Notes under the pieces: generated by a model
Databases searched by the model: none
The model's input: the letters and a program-made list of their open reading frames with translations, nothing else
What the model was told of the DNA's origin: nothing
DNA from: Lama guanicoe
Lineage: Eukaryota
DNA length: 64,000 nucleotides
Assembly (NCBI GenBank): GCA_013239625.1
Contig: MU054187.1
Coordinates: forward strand, 22,385,280 to 22,449,279
Direction: 5' to 3'
Made by a program: the position numbers and the translations under genes
Shown here: positions 1-12,200 of the stretch, piece by piece
Numbering within the stretch: position 1 is the first letter of the stretch
How the letters are laid out: every line of letters begins with the position of its first letter

Positions 1-140
1 TTTAGGTGTTACACACTTGGGTATATCTACTGTTAGAATATTAAGGAAATTTACACATACACTTACTTTTTGTAAAATTAGCTGGTTATAGTCAGCAGAT
101 CTTTTGCTTCAGCTCTCTACCCTAGTAGACCTGCAAGAGC

Positions 141-461
141 TTTTTTTTTTTTAAATCATATTTATTCTTTTTTTTTAATCTTTTTCAATATTCTTTATCC
201 CCCTCCCCCTTTCCCTTTGGTAAGCATAAGTTTGTTTTCTATGTCTGTGAGTCTGTTTCTGTTTTGTAAATAAGTTGATTTTTTTTTTAGATTCCACATA
301 TAAGTGATATCATATAATACTTGTCTTTCTCTGCTTGACTTACTTCACTTAGTATGATAATCTCTAGGTCCATCCATGTTGCTGCAAATGGCAATATTTC
401 ATTTTGTTTATAGCTAAACATATAGCTAAATTTTTATATGTATACCACATCTTCTTTATCC
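141..461 (-). mobile_element. LINE-1 3' end fragment (cetartiodactyl-type)
   Basis: Poly-T followed by antisense L1 3'UTR/ORF2-end motifs (ttagattccacatataagtgatatcat...gacttacttcacttagtatgataatctctaggtccatccatgttgctgcaaatggc). Confidence 0.9.
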
Positions 462-581
462 ACAATGTCTTACATCACTTCAGACTTTTTCTAGACATTT
501 ACAAATGTGCATACATGAGCTTAGAAAACATGTATCTATTCACTATTTGTTACATGTGTAAGATAAAACTACAAACATTGC

Positions 582-700
582 TGTCTTAAGTCAGTTCCCT
601 GGGAAATAGAGTTGAAATAGATTTACATGCAGAACGTTAAGGGGAGTGATCTCAGGATTAACACCTGTGGGAGAATAAAAGTACTGAACTGAGATGCTGC
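582..700 (-). mobile_element. ERVL LTR fragment (LTR16/LTR33-like)
   Basis: tgtcttaagtcagttccctggga...ggggagtgatctcaggattaacacctgtgggag resembles the reverse complement of the LTR16/33 3' end. Confidence 0.6.
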
Positions 701-984
701 GAGCATTGGTACCCAGGTTGCTCTTGGCAACCACAATAATGCTATGCAATTTCATCCTTACGTAACCTATCCCACTCTTGCAAACAGAATTTACTTACAA
801 ATTAGGTCAATGTTCAATTCCTCTAATGGAACAATATGTGAACAAACAGGCCAGAGTTCAGTACCTGGGCCAGGTATAAAAATCCACAAGAATGCTGACT
901 TCCTAGCTCTTCTTTTCAATCTTGTTTATTTATTACAGCTCCGAGGGAGTTTTTCCAGGTTGACCGAGAAAAACACATCAAACA

Positions 985-1400
985 TGTAGTAGTTATTGCT
1001 GCAATAATGCTGCATAACAAATCAAATCAAATTCAATGGCTTCTGAAAACAAGCATTTATCCTTAGACTCAAGGATCTGCAAGTCAACTATAGTTCACCT
1101 GATTTACGCTAGGCTCAGCTAAATGGCTGTGCTCCTGGCTTCAGTCCAAACTATAGGTCAGGCTCAGGTTTGTTCTGGCTGAGGCATGTTCTCCTCAAGG
1201 CATGTAACTGTAATTCCAGGAGCAATCCAAATTAACACACTTAGAGCTTCTGCTCACAGCATGATTACTAACAAACCATTGGCCAAAGCAAGCCAACAGG
1301 CAGAGCCCAACGTCATGAAATTGTAGTATACTTCATCTACAGTGTGAGGGCACAGGGACTGAATACTTGCCGGATAATTATCCCAATTATTGCAGACTAG
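985..1400 (-). mobile_element. MaLR solo LTR (MLT1 family)
   Basis: tgtagtagttattgctgcaataatgctgcataacaaa start and ccattggccaaagcaagc...gagcccaa motif typical of antisense MLT1. Confidence 0.75.
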
Positions 1401-1899
1401 TTCATTCAACCTAATAGATGCCACTTCACAGTTTTTTAATGTAATTTTTTTAGTTGGTTGAAAACAATCACTATCTTTTTTTTTTAATTTAAGAAAAATT
1501 TTTGAGCTTGGAAATATCTTTTCCAAAGTAAGAACATAATGTATGGATAATTTAGAAAATTTAGAAAATAAATAAAAATTGCCCATAATAACATGAACAA
1601 TAGATGATGACTCTAAAGTTTGGTGTAACTACACATGCGTAAATAAGTCTATTCTATATCTATGATTATACATTCTATATTATAGCACATGTCTCAGTTA
1701 CCATTAAGCTTTAAGCATTCTATTTTTAGGTCATTAAATATTCATTATAAACATGAGCTGTTTGCTATTCCATACATGTTCATACCCTACCTAGTTTATT
1801 CAATAGTACCCATTACTGCACATCAGCGTGCGTAAACCTTTGTGCATCTTTGATTTTTTTCTCATACTTAGTGTGTTCTCATTATTTACTCTTTGTTCT

Positions 1900-2345
1900 G
1901 GTCACATTTGCCTTCTTATTATTCCTCAAAATGCCAGACACATTCCTGCCTGAAGAACTTTGCAATGGCTCTTCCCTCTGTCTGGAAGGCCCTTTTCCCT
2001 GTCCCCTTACCTGCTTGAAGCTTTTTTTAAATGTCACCCTCCCAATAAAGCCTCTTGTGACTGCCCCTTGAAACCATAACCCATGCTGGGTCTTTTTCCC
2101 CATTCCCCTTATCTTGATTTTTTTAATAACACTTAATACCTTAGAATACCCATCTTCTAATACCTTAGTAATTATTTATTTGCTATATTTAGTATTTATT
2201 GTCTCTCTCACTCTGCTAAAACGTAAGTTCTACGAAAACAAATATTCTAATCTCATTTTTTTCACATATAGATCCTCAGTGCCTAAAAAAGTGTCTAGTA
2301 TACAGTAGGCACTCAGTTAAGTTTATGAATTAATAAATAAATAAA
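1900..2345 (+). mobile_element. LINE-2 3' end
   Basis: ttcctgcctgaagaactttgca...cttccctctgtctggaa...cagtgcctaaaaaagtgtctagtatacagtaggcactcagt...aataaataa matches the L2 3' terminus. Confidence 0.8.
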
Positions 2346-3264
2346 TAAGCAAAGATTATGAATTTCTAAACATCTAGAAGTAGAATCAAAGACTGATTCT
2401 AAACTTTTAAAGCTTTAAAAAGTTAAATTATACCCAAAATTGATCTAAGAGTAGATATTTTCAATAAAAGTAAATCAGGTCACATTTTAATCAGGTCACA
2501 TTCTATTTACTTTACAGCGTTTCCACACCCAAACAAAAATACAAAAATTATATTAACATCCATTCACAATACACTCATACTTCATAGAAGTGAATCGATC
2601 CTCATTCATACACAATGCTTTTAAGGTTTGTTACCAGAAAAATCGCTCCTGTTTTTGTTTAGTTAACACGTCCCTAGTATGGCTAGATCACTAAAATTCT
2701 ACATCTTTTACTCTTGGCATAATTTAAGTACAGAGGTAAAACTAAAAACAATTATTAGTCTCCCATAGGCTTCCTAAGCCTCTTAAATATTCACCAAAGA
2801 CGTTAACAGTCACGTACTAAAAGGAATTTGCTTTCAGTGTTTATATTAGATAAGTAAATAAGGTTTAGTATTTTATTTAGGAAATTACTAATTTCCTCCA
2901 CTCTAGTTCTCATTCTTTTCCACATTTCCTCATCTTCCTTGGTTATGTTACTCCTATTTAATACACATTCTTCCCTTTCAGATTTTTGTGGTGCAGATTC
3001 TTGGGGTTTTTTCCCCCCATTTTCTGTATTTAACAGCAACTCTCAAATACTGCTCTACATAATTTTCATTATTTTAAGGATTTATTTTCCAGCTGACTTT
3101 ACAACAAATACCCATAAGAGTATTAGGAATTGTTGGGGTTTTGGCAAGTGTTTCTATTAGTCTTCAGTACGTATTCTTTCAAGAGCAAACACCCTTTCTC
3201 ACCCATGAGGATGATTGCTATTAAAAAAGAAGAGGAAGAAAAGGTAGTCACAAGGGTTAATTAA

Positions 3265-3935
3265 AAAATATGGAGAAATTAGAACCCTAGTGTGGTACTG
3301 GTAGAAATGTGAAATTGTATAGCCACCGTGAAAATGGTATAAAGTGTCCTCAAAAAATTAAACATAGAATTATCATATAATCCAGAAATCACACTTCTGG
3401 GTATATATATAAGAGCAAGGACTCAAACTGTTTGTATACCTATGTTTATTGCAGCTTTATTCACAATAGCCAAAAGATGGAAGTAACACATGTCCACTGA
3501 CAAAGTGAATGAACTAACAAAATATAGTATATACAAGCAATAAAACATTATTCAGTCTTAAAAAAAAAGAAAAATCTGACACATGCTACTACATGGATGA
3601 ATCTTGAAGACATCATGCAAAGTGAAATAAATCAGTCAAAAAGGAGAAATATTGTATGATTCCACCTATATGAGGTACCCAGAGTAGTCAAATGCATAGA
3701 GTCAAATGCAAGGTAGAATGGTGGTTGTCAGGGGTTAGGATGAGGGGGAAATGGAAGGTTAGTGCTAAAGGTTATGGAGTTTCAGTTTGGGGAAGATGAA
3801 AAAGTTCTAGAGATGGATGGTGGTGATGGCTGCACAGCAATGTGAATGTACTTACCGGCACAGAACTGTACACTGAGAAATAGTTAAAATTATAAGCTTT
3901 ATGTTATAGATGTGATTTAAACAGCTTTTTAAAAA
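3265..3935 (+). mobile_element. Old LINE-1 (L1MB-like) ORF2 end and 3'UTR
   Basis: atgtttattgcagctttattcacaatagccaaaagatgga...gaagatgaaaaagttctagagatggatggtggtgatggctgcacagcaatgtgaatgtactta is a typical L1MB-type 3'UTR. Confidence 0.9.
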
Positions 3936-4744
3936 AGGCAACAAGAAGAGTTAAACAAATAAATAAGAATAAGCACTCTTTATTTCCAATTAAGAACTCT
4001 GACACAAATCCTTTCAAAGGTTTTGTAGAAGGTAGCACTGTTTATATGCTGCTTAGGGAAAGCCTCATGGAAACAGGTTACTGAAAAAGCAATCAGAAAC
4101 TTCAGTCAGATCTTTACTATGCAGTTTCATTTACAGTATTTGAAATGAATTTCTATATCATCAAAAATATATTATTATATTTAGGGATAAAAGTTTTCCT
4201 ACACAAAAACAGTTTTGAATCTTTATGATAGACAATTCCATATCTATATGTAACTGTAATTATATAAACTGTGTAAATACAACTTTTCTCCACATATAGA
4301 ATGAGAACTACATTCCTCAATAATTCAGTGGCACTTAAGCATTTGATGAATGAGATCAGTTCATTTTTCTCTCATTTATGTGCAGTCAAACATAAACAGA
4401 GGACTTCCCAGACGGTCTGAAAAAGTAACCAGAGTAGAAACCACAGCCATTAGGAGCACTGTCATTAACTATATGTTTTGGAATCATCTGGGATACTTCA
4501 GTTTCCCTAAACAACAAAGGAAAGAAGAAAAGATCATGAAAAAAAAATAAATGTTGTTCATTAGTTCTGATTTCTGCAGTTCTAGGGAAATAAACAGTAA
4601 TGTTTCAGATACATATCACTGACTTTTCACAATGTTGCAAATTTTATGAAACTGAAACCTAGTTTCAAATATTACATCCTGTTTTCATGCTGTGGGCCCC
4701 AATTTTTGGTTTAAAAAGTATGGTTAATATAGACAGCGAGAACA

Positions 4745-4925
4745 GGAAATTCTGGTCTCTTTCTTACAAGCAATGTGACCTAGGGCAATTTAAGCTAACT
4801 CTGTAAGCCTCAATTTCCTTTAAAAAAAGAGTGATAATATCTACCTTGCAGTGGTTCTAAGGATTAGATATAATGTAATTAACATCCCTGGAAAACAATA
4901 GGTATTTAGTAAGTCATTATTACTA
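4745..4925 (+). mobile_element. MIR SINE
   Basis: MIR core tgtgacctagggcaa...aagcctcaatttcct...gataatatctacct...aggattaga. Confidence 0.75.
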
Positions 4926-5202
4926 TTAATAATACTAATAGTTCAAGGAGTTGGTAGGAAGAATGATACCTGTTTGGATTCTCTGTACCCACCTGTGCTC
5001 ATACCCAACTAAACTTGGAAGAAGAAATAAGGCTTAGAACTGACGTTAATAAAGGATATTAAAACACCATTATCATCTATCCTGAGCTTGAACCCAATGG
5101 ATAATAGAATAAATACTTTTTATGAATCTTAATCCAAACTGCCTTTCAATTATCCTTGTATAAGAAACATTCTATTTCAAATTAAAAATTCCACCCATAG
5201 TA

Positions 5203-5305
5203 AGGAGGGTATAGCTCAGTGGTAGAGTGTTCAATCCCCAGTACCTCCATTAAAAAGAAATAAACAAACAAACCTGATTACCTCCCCTCTCCAAAAAAAA
5301 CCAAA
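5203..5305 (+). mobile_element. Camelid tRNA-derived SINE (vic-1-like), internally deleted
   Basis: ggagggtatagctcagtggtagag (A box) fused directly to gttcaatccccagtacctcc (B box), tail aaacctgattacctcccc; TSD-like flanks aaaaattccaccca / aaaaatcccaccca. Confidence 0.85.
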
Positions 5306-6149
5306 AAAATCCCACCCAGACCCACAGTGAACACTGACATTTTTCCAGTGCAGCTCTGGGTCACATTCTCTTCTAATGAATTAGCAGTGGTCGGGGAAGG
5401 ATGGCAGGATAACTTGCCTGTTAACTTTTCTAAAACCTTCTTTAGGGAGAATGATGTTGACTTTTATTCTACCCCATCCAGTAGCGGAACAAGGGGAAGT
5501 TGGCTAATGGCAGCCAGAAAGATTTACGATTATTATAGAAGTTTTTTCTTCATCCTGCTCTCCCCTCAAATTACCATTCTATCCTGCCTTTCTTTCATCA
5601 CAAATGCCACAGAAATAGCTCTTCCTTTCTGCTGCGTGGCTTCCTTCTCCTTCCTTCTCAGAGATGAAAGCAGTCCACAAGTGTCCTCCTCCCACTCTGA
5701 CCCCTCTGACTTCTGCAAGGCATGGGACTCTTTTGACTAACCCTTCCTTCACTGGAACTAGATTAGTTCTCTCAGAACATAATTTTCTAGCGTTTTGAAT
5801 AGATTCTCCTCTGTCACCTGTCTCTTAAGAGTTGGCATTGCCTCGCCTTGTGTCATCTTCCCTCTGTCTCTTTCACTGTGCACTTCCTTCAGTGATTTTT
5901 GTCATTTTCATGGCACTACAGATTCCCTAGATTACAGCCCCCTTGGGTAAAATGTCAGTTTCAGTACACCTCCTTTTCTTTTCTGTCTCCGTAGCCTGAC
6001 TGCTATTGTTCACTCTCGCTAAAATGAACTCTCTCTTCAAGATAATTTTTCAAGACTCAGCTTAAGTTGCCACCTTCTCCCTGAAGCCTGAGAAATGTTC
6101 TCCAAATAGAAGCAAATATTTCTTTCTAGGACTATCCATAATAATTTTT

Positions 6150-6625
6150 TCACCTTTGAAAATGAGAACACTTGAGTTCTCTCTTAACAAATTTCAGTTA
6201 CACAATCAGTGTTATCAACTATACTCACCATGTGAGTCACTAGTCCTTAGATCTTATTCCACTTGAAACTAAAAGTTTGCACCCTGTTGCCAATCTCTTC
6301 CCATTTTTCCCACCTCTTAAGTCCCTGCAACCACCATTCTTCTCTTTATTTTTATAAATTCAACTTTTTTAGGTTCCACATATAAGCGATATCACACAGT
6401 ACTTTTTTCTGACTTATTGCACTTAGCATCGTGCCCTTCAGTTTCAATCCGTGTTGTCACAGATGTCAGACCTTCCTTGTTTCTTTTTTAATTGAAGTAT
6501 AACTGATATATAACATTATATTATATTAATGTAATGTTACATTAGTTTTAGATGTATAACATAATGATTTGATATTTGTATACAATGTGAAATGGTTACC
6601 ACAATAAGCCTTGTTAACATTCATT
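6150..6625 (-). mobile_element. Two adjacent antisense L1 3' end fragments (L1MA-like, ~6150-6480 and ~6485-6625)
   Basis: caaccaccattct...ttttttaggttccacatataagcgatatc..., then tttaattgaagtataactgatatataacattatatt...ataatgatttgatatttgtatac. Confidence 0.8.
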
Positions 6626-6767
6626 AACTAGATATGTTTGCCAACCCCCACAACTGGTATCTCTCCCTTTTCAACTGGGATTGGATTGTTACAAAGTGAG
6701 AATACTCCAGGAGAGAAGTCAGGATTTCCTTTCTCCTTTATTTAATGTTACTAACAAAACCTCATGG

Positions 6768-6815
6768 AGAAATTGACGCAACATTGTAAACTGACTATAC
6801 TTCAATAAAAAATAT
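6768..6815 (+). mobile_element. Very short L1 3' terminus
   Basis: agaaattgacgcaacattgtaaactgactatacttcaataaaaa, the same terminus seen in the other young L1 copies in this window. Confidence 0.85.
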
Positions 6816-6952
6816 ATTCTAGAAAAAGCCTTCAGAAAAGTAACAGATGAAAATGTTATTAGAAAGTAAAAATTGACAGTAAGGAAAGGCCAGAAAAGGC
6901 TGATTATTGTTCAGTAATTGTAGCTCAAGTCTGAGATTTAAACTCAACTATC

Positions 6953-7222
6953 ATACTAACAAATATATATAAAATAGATAAACAGTAAGTTCATACTATA
7001 TAGCACAAGGAACTATATTCAATATCTTGTAGTAACTTATGGCAAAAAAGAATGTGAAAAAGAATATATGTATGTTCACATATGACTGAAGCTTTATGCT
7101 GTATACCAGAAATTGACACAGCACCGTAAACTGACTATACTTCAATAAAAATATATATACAAAAAAATTTTAAAATAAAGATAATTAAAAATAAAAATAA
7201 ATAAATAATAAATAAATAAAAT
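6953..7222 (+). mobile_element. Young LINE-1 3'UTR with A-rich tail
   Basis: aaaatagataaacagtaag...tagcacaaggaactatattcaatatcttgtagtaac...ccagaaattgacacagcaccgtaaactgactatacttcaataaaa followed by (aaat)n. Confidence 0.9.
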
Positions 7223-7614
7223 AAGCTCAAACTCAAGAGATGGGGAAAAAAAAAAAAAGCTCATGGAGTTCTTCCAGAATGGAAGTGTTGGTATGGGTTG
7301 ATAATAGTTTTGGTGAAAATGGCCAATGTGCAAAAAAAACAATGCCATAAATGTTTATAAAATAACACATGAGGTTTGCTCAGTTTCTGCAGCGGTATTC
7401 ATAACAGTCATACAGAGTGGAAAAAGAGAACAAGCGGAAGAAGTTCTCAAACATGATGACTTTCCAAAAAAACCGCAATGCATAGAAAACCAGAGAGAGG
7501 CTTTTCCTCTCAATTATTGATTTCAGCAGTATTACATCTTCCAAGCACATGTAAATATTGTTACCAATAACTTTTAATTCTTTTACTGGCTGATATTGGC
7601 TCATGGTCTCCTTC

Positions 7615-7880
7615 TCCAGAGTCTAGCCCTCAGCCAAACGAGAGCTACTTTGCTTAGAAAGAAATGAATAAAGAAGACCTTAACTCTGATACAATTGCTG
7701 CTCTAGAGCTCCCCAGGAGAGACTAAAGTTAGCTTCTAGTTGAGACCACAATTTTGCTGAGCTTGTAATCCCCTGCTGTATCCTGCTTCCTTCCTTCCTT
7801 CCTTCCCCTTATCCTGAGCATGTTCCTGTAATTAATCATTTCAATAAGATCCCCGGTCTCAAGCTCTGTTTATGTTCTAG
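7615..7880 (+). mobile_element. ERVL LTR (LTR16-like)
   Basis: ctgctgtatcctgcttcctt...cctgagcatgttcctgtaattaatcatttcaataagatccccggtctcaagctctg resembles the LTR16 R/U5 end. Confidence 0.7.
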
Positions 7881-9220
7881 GATGTGGTCCTAAGGAGCAG
7901 ATTCTGGCGTTGGACCACTTGCCAGCTGAATGGCAATGAGGACCCATGATGGGTAATGTGTGAAGTAGTCAGAGTCACTGGCTGGCTGTCGCCGTGCAAT
8001 TGTGAAGACTTTCATCTCCGGCAAACTGTAAAGATGTGTAAGGGCGTATAAATGCTGGTGCTATGTTCTGGGCATTTGAGACGTATTAGAGAAAGAGCAG
8101 ACACAGGCATTGGAATGAGATGCCAAGTGTTCCTGGTTCACTGAAGAGCAGAAATAACAGACTCTGATTGATTAATCGACAACTTAAAGCAAAATACGAA
8201 AATCAGAGGACTTCCTTGGCTGTGTTGAAAGAGAACCTCAAGACTTGTAGTTGAAACACGGAAGACTAGGTACAGGTTTGGTTGTAAAGTGGCAGAACCA
8301 CAGAGAAGGCTAAATGCTCATTTTGGCAAACCTCCTATGGCAAAGCCAGGGTTCTGATAGGGAAGGACTTGAACTGAGATCTGGAATGAGGGTATCCAGG
8401 TAGCTGCACTTCAGAGCCCTGAGCCTCTGAATTCCCCTGGACCCTTTGGCCTGCAGAGTTAACCTACTTTCTCTTACTGGAGGACTGATCCACCTTCACT
8501 TCCTTGCTTGAAGCCTATGTGGAGTCTTCACACAAGGCAGAAGCCTTACAAGACCATACGGCCTTCCTCAAGGTCTGCTTTCACTTGCCTGTCTACAGAC
8601 ACACAGTTGAAGTCAAACGTCTACATAATCAACTGGAGAAGTGCTGGGCCTGCCAAGGGAGGAAGGAGAGTACGTGCATAAGTTGCCAGAGGACCTGGCT
8701 AATGTGTCCCAGCAGGAACTGGGGTAGTAAGCGTGTCTGGAGAGTGTTGGATCAAGACAGATGGAATATAAAACTGGATACGGGTGTTTGTCAACATGGG
8801 GATGCTCTCCCATAATGCAACACTTAACATCTTGGTCAGGGCCCTGGGTGAGGGCTCCAATGTGCTACTGCAATGGTGTAGTTCTTGGAAGCTGAAAAAA
8901 AAAAAATGATGGCCAGGGAGGGTACAGCTCAGTGGAAAAGCACGTGCTTAGCATGTATGGGGTTCTGGGTTCAATCCCCAGTACCTCCATTAAAAAAATA
9001 AATAAGTGACTAAATAAAAAACCTAATTCTCCCCCAAAATAAAAGTAAATTAAAAATAAGTAAATAGAAGTAATTTTAAAAAAATGATGGCCCACATTAA
9101 ACAAAGATAACAGGTTTACCAGGTCAAGTTAGGAGGAAGGGATCAAAAGGCTTGGCGAATCGGGCAGGCTAGGATGGGTTCACGATGTAAGACTGGAAGA
9201 CTCTGCATGTGACTGTGTTC
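7881..9220 (+). mobile_element. Degenerate ERVL internal region (ERV3-16A3-int-like; leader and gag remnant)
   Basis: gtggtcctaaggagcagattctgg...tggcaatgaggacccatg...gtgcaattgtgaagactttca directly follows the LTR; ERVL gag-like aggaagggatcaaaaggctt...; many stops; interrupted by a SINE. Confidence 0.7.
8915..9077 (+). mobile_element. Camelid tRNA-derived SINE (vic-1-like), full length
   Basis: agggagggtacagctcagtgg...gcttagcatgtatggggttctgggttcaatccccagtacctcc; 15 bp TSD aaaaaaatgatggcc at 8900-8914 and 9078-9092. Confidence 0.92.
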
Positions 9221-12200
9221 AATTCCAGATACTTCTGATTTTAAAGAAAGTAAATTCAGAATTTAATCTCAGTCAGTGAAAGACAATACACCGCCTCCTT
9301 CTTGGTTTACATGTTGACAAACCAGTCATTAAAGATCTGCTTAGCCTTTTACCCCGGAGTCTAGGTGTCTGTTACATTTTATCCTCAAAGTGTGGTACAC
9401 ACATCAGTGGAATAGTCTACACAACAAAATGGGTATTTCTGGAAATGTTTTCATCCTCGTGTTGGAATTAAATTTCTTCCCTTAGATCCTCAAAGGGATA
9501 CCGGTTTAAAAATCCTTGCTCACACCTCACACCACTCAGTATAATCATGGCTCCCAGAGTTTGCATGAATGTTTAGTACCTGTACAGAAGGAATTTGAAG
9601 ACAATAAATTGACTGAATGTGTTCTTCTAGAAGATCTTATTTTAAAATGCAGGAAACAAGTCATGTTGAAAATTTATTTAACTTCCCTTGAAGATGAATT
9701 TTCCATTTCTCCTTTCTGTCATGGTTATCTAATTTCTTATCTTCTTCTGGAAGAGTATGTTCCTTTGGAGGACTCATTTACCATCTTTGGTAAGTGAAAT
9801 AATCAGGCTCTAGTTTTGGTATGAGATTTACAAAATCCATGAACCTGTGTGTGGTCTCAGAGTCAAAATACTTAACATCTGGAATCAGCAAAGACACAGT
9901 CCTGCCCTGCGCCTCTTTTGTCAGGCTCTCTCTGGAGGGATTGCATTCATTCTTGGGAATGACATATTTAGAAAGTCTATAAAGTAAAGTGACCAGGTTG
10001 ATAAATCAGATCAAAACCAGACATTCTACAGAGAAATTGAGAATGATTAGCCTAGAGAAACGTAGACTAAGGCGTGAAAAATAGTTGCCTTCCTACCTAA
10101 ATAAAAGAGTTATTAGACCTCACCAATTTGTCACCAATTTGTGAAATCGACAGGCTTTCACAATTTTCTGAAGATAGCGAATTGTCCATCACTGAGGCCA
10201 TACAAGTTAGGCAAGCTATACACATGTCAGCCTCCTCCTATCTTTGAGGTGCTTTCATTCTACAACTCCGCTTATTTGTTATTTAAATAGTTTCCATGTC
10301 TGAATCTGAAATGGGTTTTGTGTTAACGTGAGTAACTATGCCAGCTGCGTCATACAGAATAATTTGGAGATTAAAGTTAATACAAATAAAATAGCTCTAA
10401 GTATATACCCTATTTGCAATTGTATAAAAACATAGAAATGCTGTCCTCAGCATTTAAGAATACCAGGAAATGTTCACAGAGAACAAAATAAGTTAAGTTT
10501 TAAGATGATGGTATTAGAAATTTAAAAAGCCAACAGAGCAAATGAAGTTGGCCTCTTAACTTGAAATCAAGACCTAAAATAGGTGTCAGGAGAGAAAAAG
10601 ACTTTATTGTCACTAACTTTTATTCAGAATGAGGTATAGATTTAATAGAGAAGAGAAAGGGAACAAAAAGAATGGATGAGTGGGAGGGGCAGGTTATCAT
10701 TTATCAAGGTATGAAAATGGGATGTCTCTACCAGGAAGGGAAAAAAAGGCACCATCTCTGGGCAGATGCAGCCTTGTGGAAAAAGAAACAAAAGTACCAG
10801 CTGGCTGAACCACAGCCGCCTCTATCCTGCACGTTCTAAAGAAACAGCCATGTGAACAAAGGCAGTTGATTTTCATTTTAACAAAAAAGGTGCTTTTTAG
10901 GTATAAATTCTGTGCAATTTTAAAAACATACCTGTTACCATATGCTACACACTATATATCTAGGAATATGCAGATACATGATATGCTTTAAAAAAAAAAA
11001 GGTGTATAGAACTTTCACACTGATGGTTTTTACAAAGATTTATCTTTATGTAGAATTTGGAGAGTCTGTTTCCAGACACTTTGAAAAGGGAGGTATTCAA
11101 TGGTAATTTTAAATATTAAGTTTTTTTTTTCAAACTAAATGGAATAAAATGGAAAGCTCATTCAAGTTAATTCTAATGAAAATTCCTATAGAAAAAAGAA
11201 GAAGATATAGATTAAAATGTATCTGTGGAAACTTGATCATTGGGCTCAAAGCTAAGCAGAAATTAAGGTTTTCTGGCCAATAGAATAAAAACAGGTTTTA
11301 AAAAGTGCTGTTTATAAAAGTCCATATACGTTTTTATATATCTTCCCATAAAGACATAGGGAACAGTGGATAATTAATGGGGAAAAATGAGCTAATATTA
11401 AGTTGTTAGCTAAGATTGATTTTCAAAGAGATGTTGTAAGTTATTTTTTAAAAGATATTGGTCCAAAAATGAATATTTAAGAAGATTAATTAAACAGTGT
11501 CCGTCTTTTGGAACAGTGGCAGTAAGGCTAAGCGTTCTGGGGACCAAAGTAGACTGAATCGTTTATGAGAGTTCCCGTGGACCAGTTTGTGTTATCACTG
11601 TACTTCATCAGACAGCTCTCAAAGCAGAAAAACATCAATGATAAAAAAAAAAAACCCACAAATAACATCTTCATGTCGATTGCTATTCACAGTTGGAAAA
11701 GATTGACACCAAACAGTATAATTTCAGGCCTATGAAGCGGTGGGGAAATGGAGAGGGAATTTGAAAACTTGGCCAAAATACGTCTCCTTGAAGTCCGCCA
11801 GGAAGAACATAAATCTCCTTTTACCCTCTACTTGGATTTTGCACTTTGAGGCTCCTACACTCAACTGTGCAGCTTGGAAAAAAAGCAAGTAGGCAGACAC
11901 TTCTGACGTATAATTTGAGAAAATCAAGCCCTCTCCTCTGCCCCAAAATATCTCCAAGGTTAGGCTAGCCTCAGACGTGGCACCCTGTAATTAGATGTGC
12001 ATTCTTTCTGGGTCTTGAAGGGCTTTCGTGTTTAGTCGTCTTACGCGACAGAAAAACATTCCCGGGAAGGGTAAATCTATCAGTGAACAAGTTAGAGAGA
12101 ATTAGTCACTAAATAAGGCAGTGAGAGATCTGAAGCAATACATGAGAAGAAAAGTACTAAGCAGATAGACCTGAGACAGACTTCAAACACTTCTCAGTTG

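Noticed and set aside
2803..3039. 78 aa minus-strand ORF with a charged, protein-like stretch (KEDEEMWKRMRTRVEE)
   Set aside because: Non-ATG start, no clear splice sites, no recognisable homology; purine-rich composition explains the charged residues.
6465..6735. Possible TSD pair (gtcagaccttcc / gtcaggatttcc) around an L1 tail plus ~90 bp of extra sequence
   Set aside because: The match is too degenerate and resembles the host L1 consensus itself.
8915..8990. tRNA-like sequences with A and B boxes (also near 20850 and 53520)
   Set aside because: They have SINE tails and TSDs and lack an intact cloverleaf; SINEs rather than tRNA genes.
9516..9797. 93 aa ORF ending at a GGTAAGT donor-like site
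   Set aside because: No convincing acceptor, no homology and a non-ATG start; single donor matches are common by chance.
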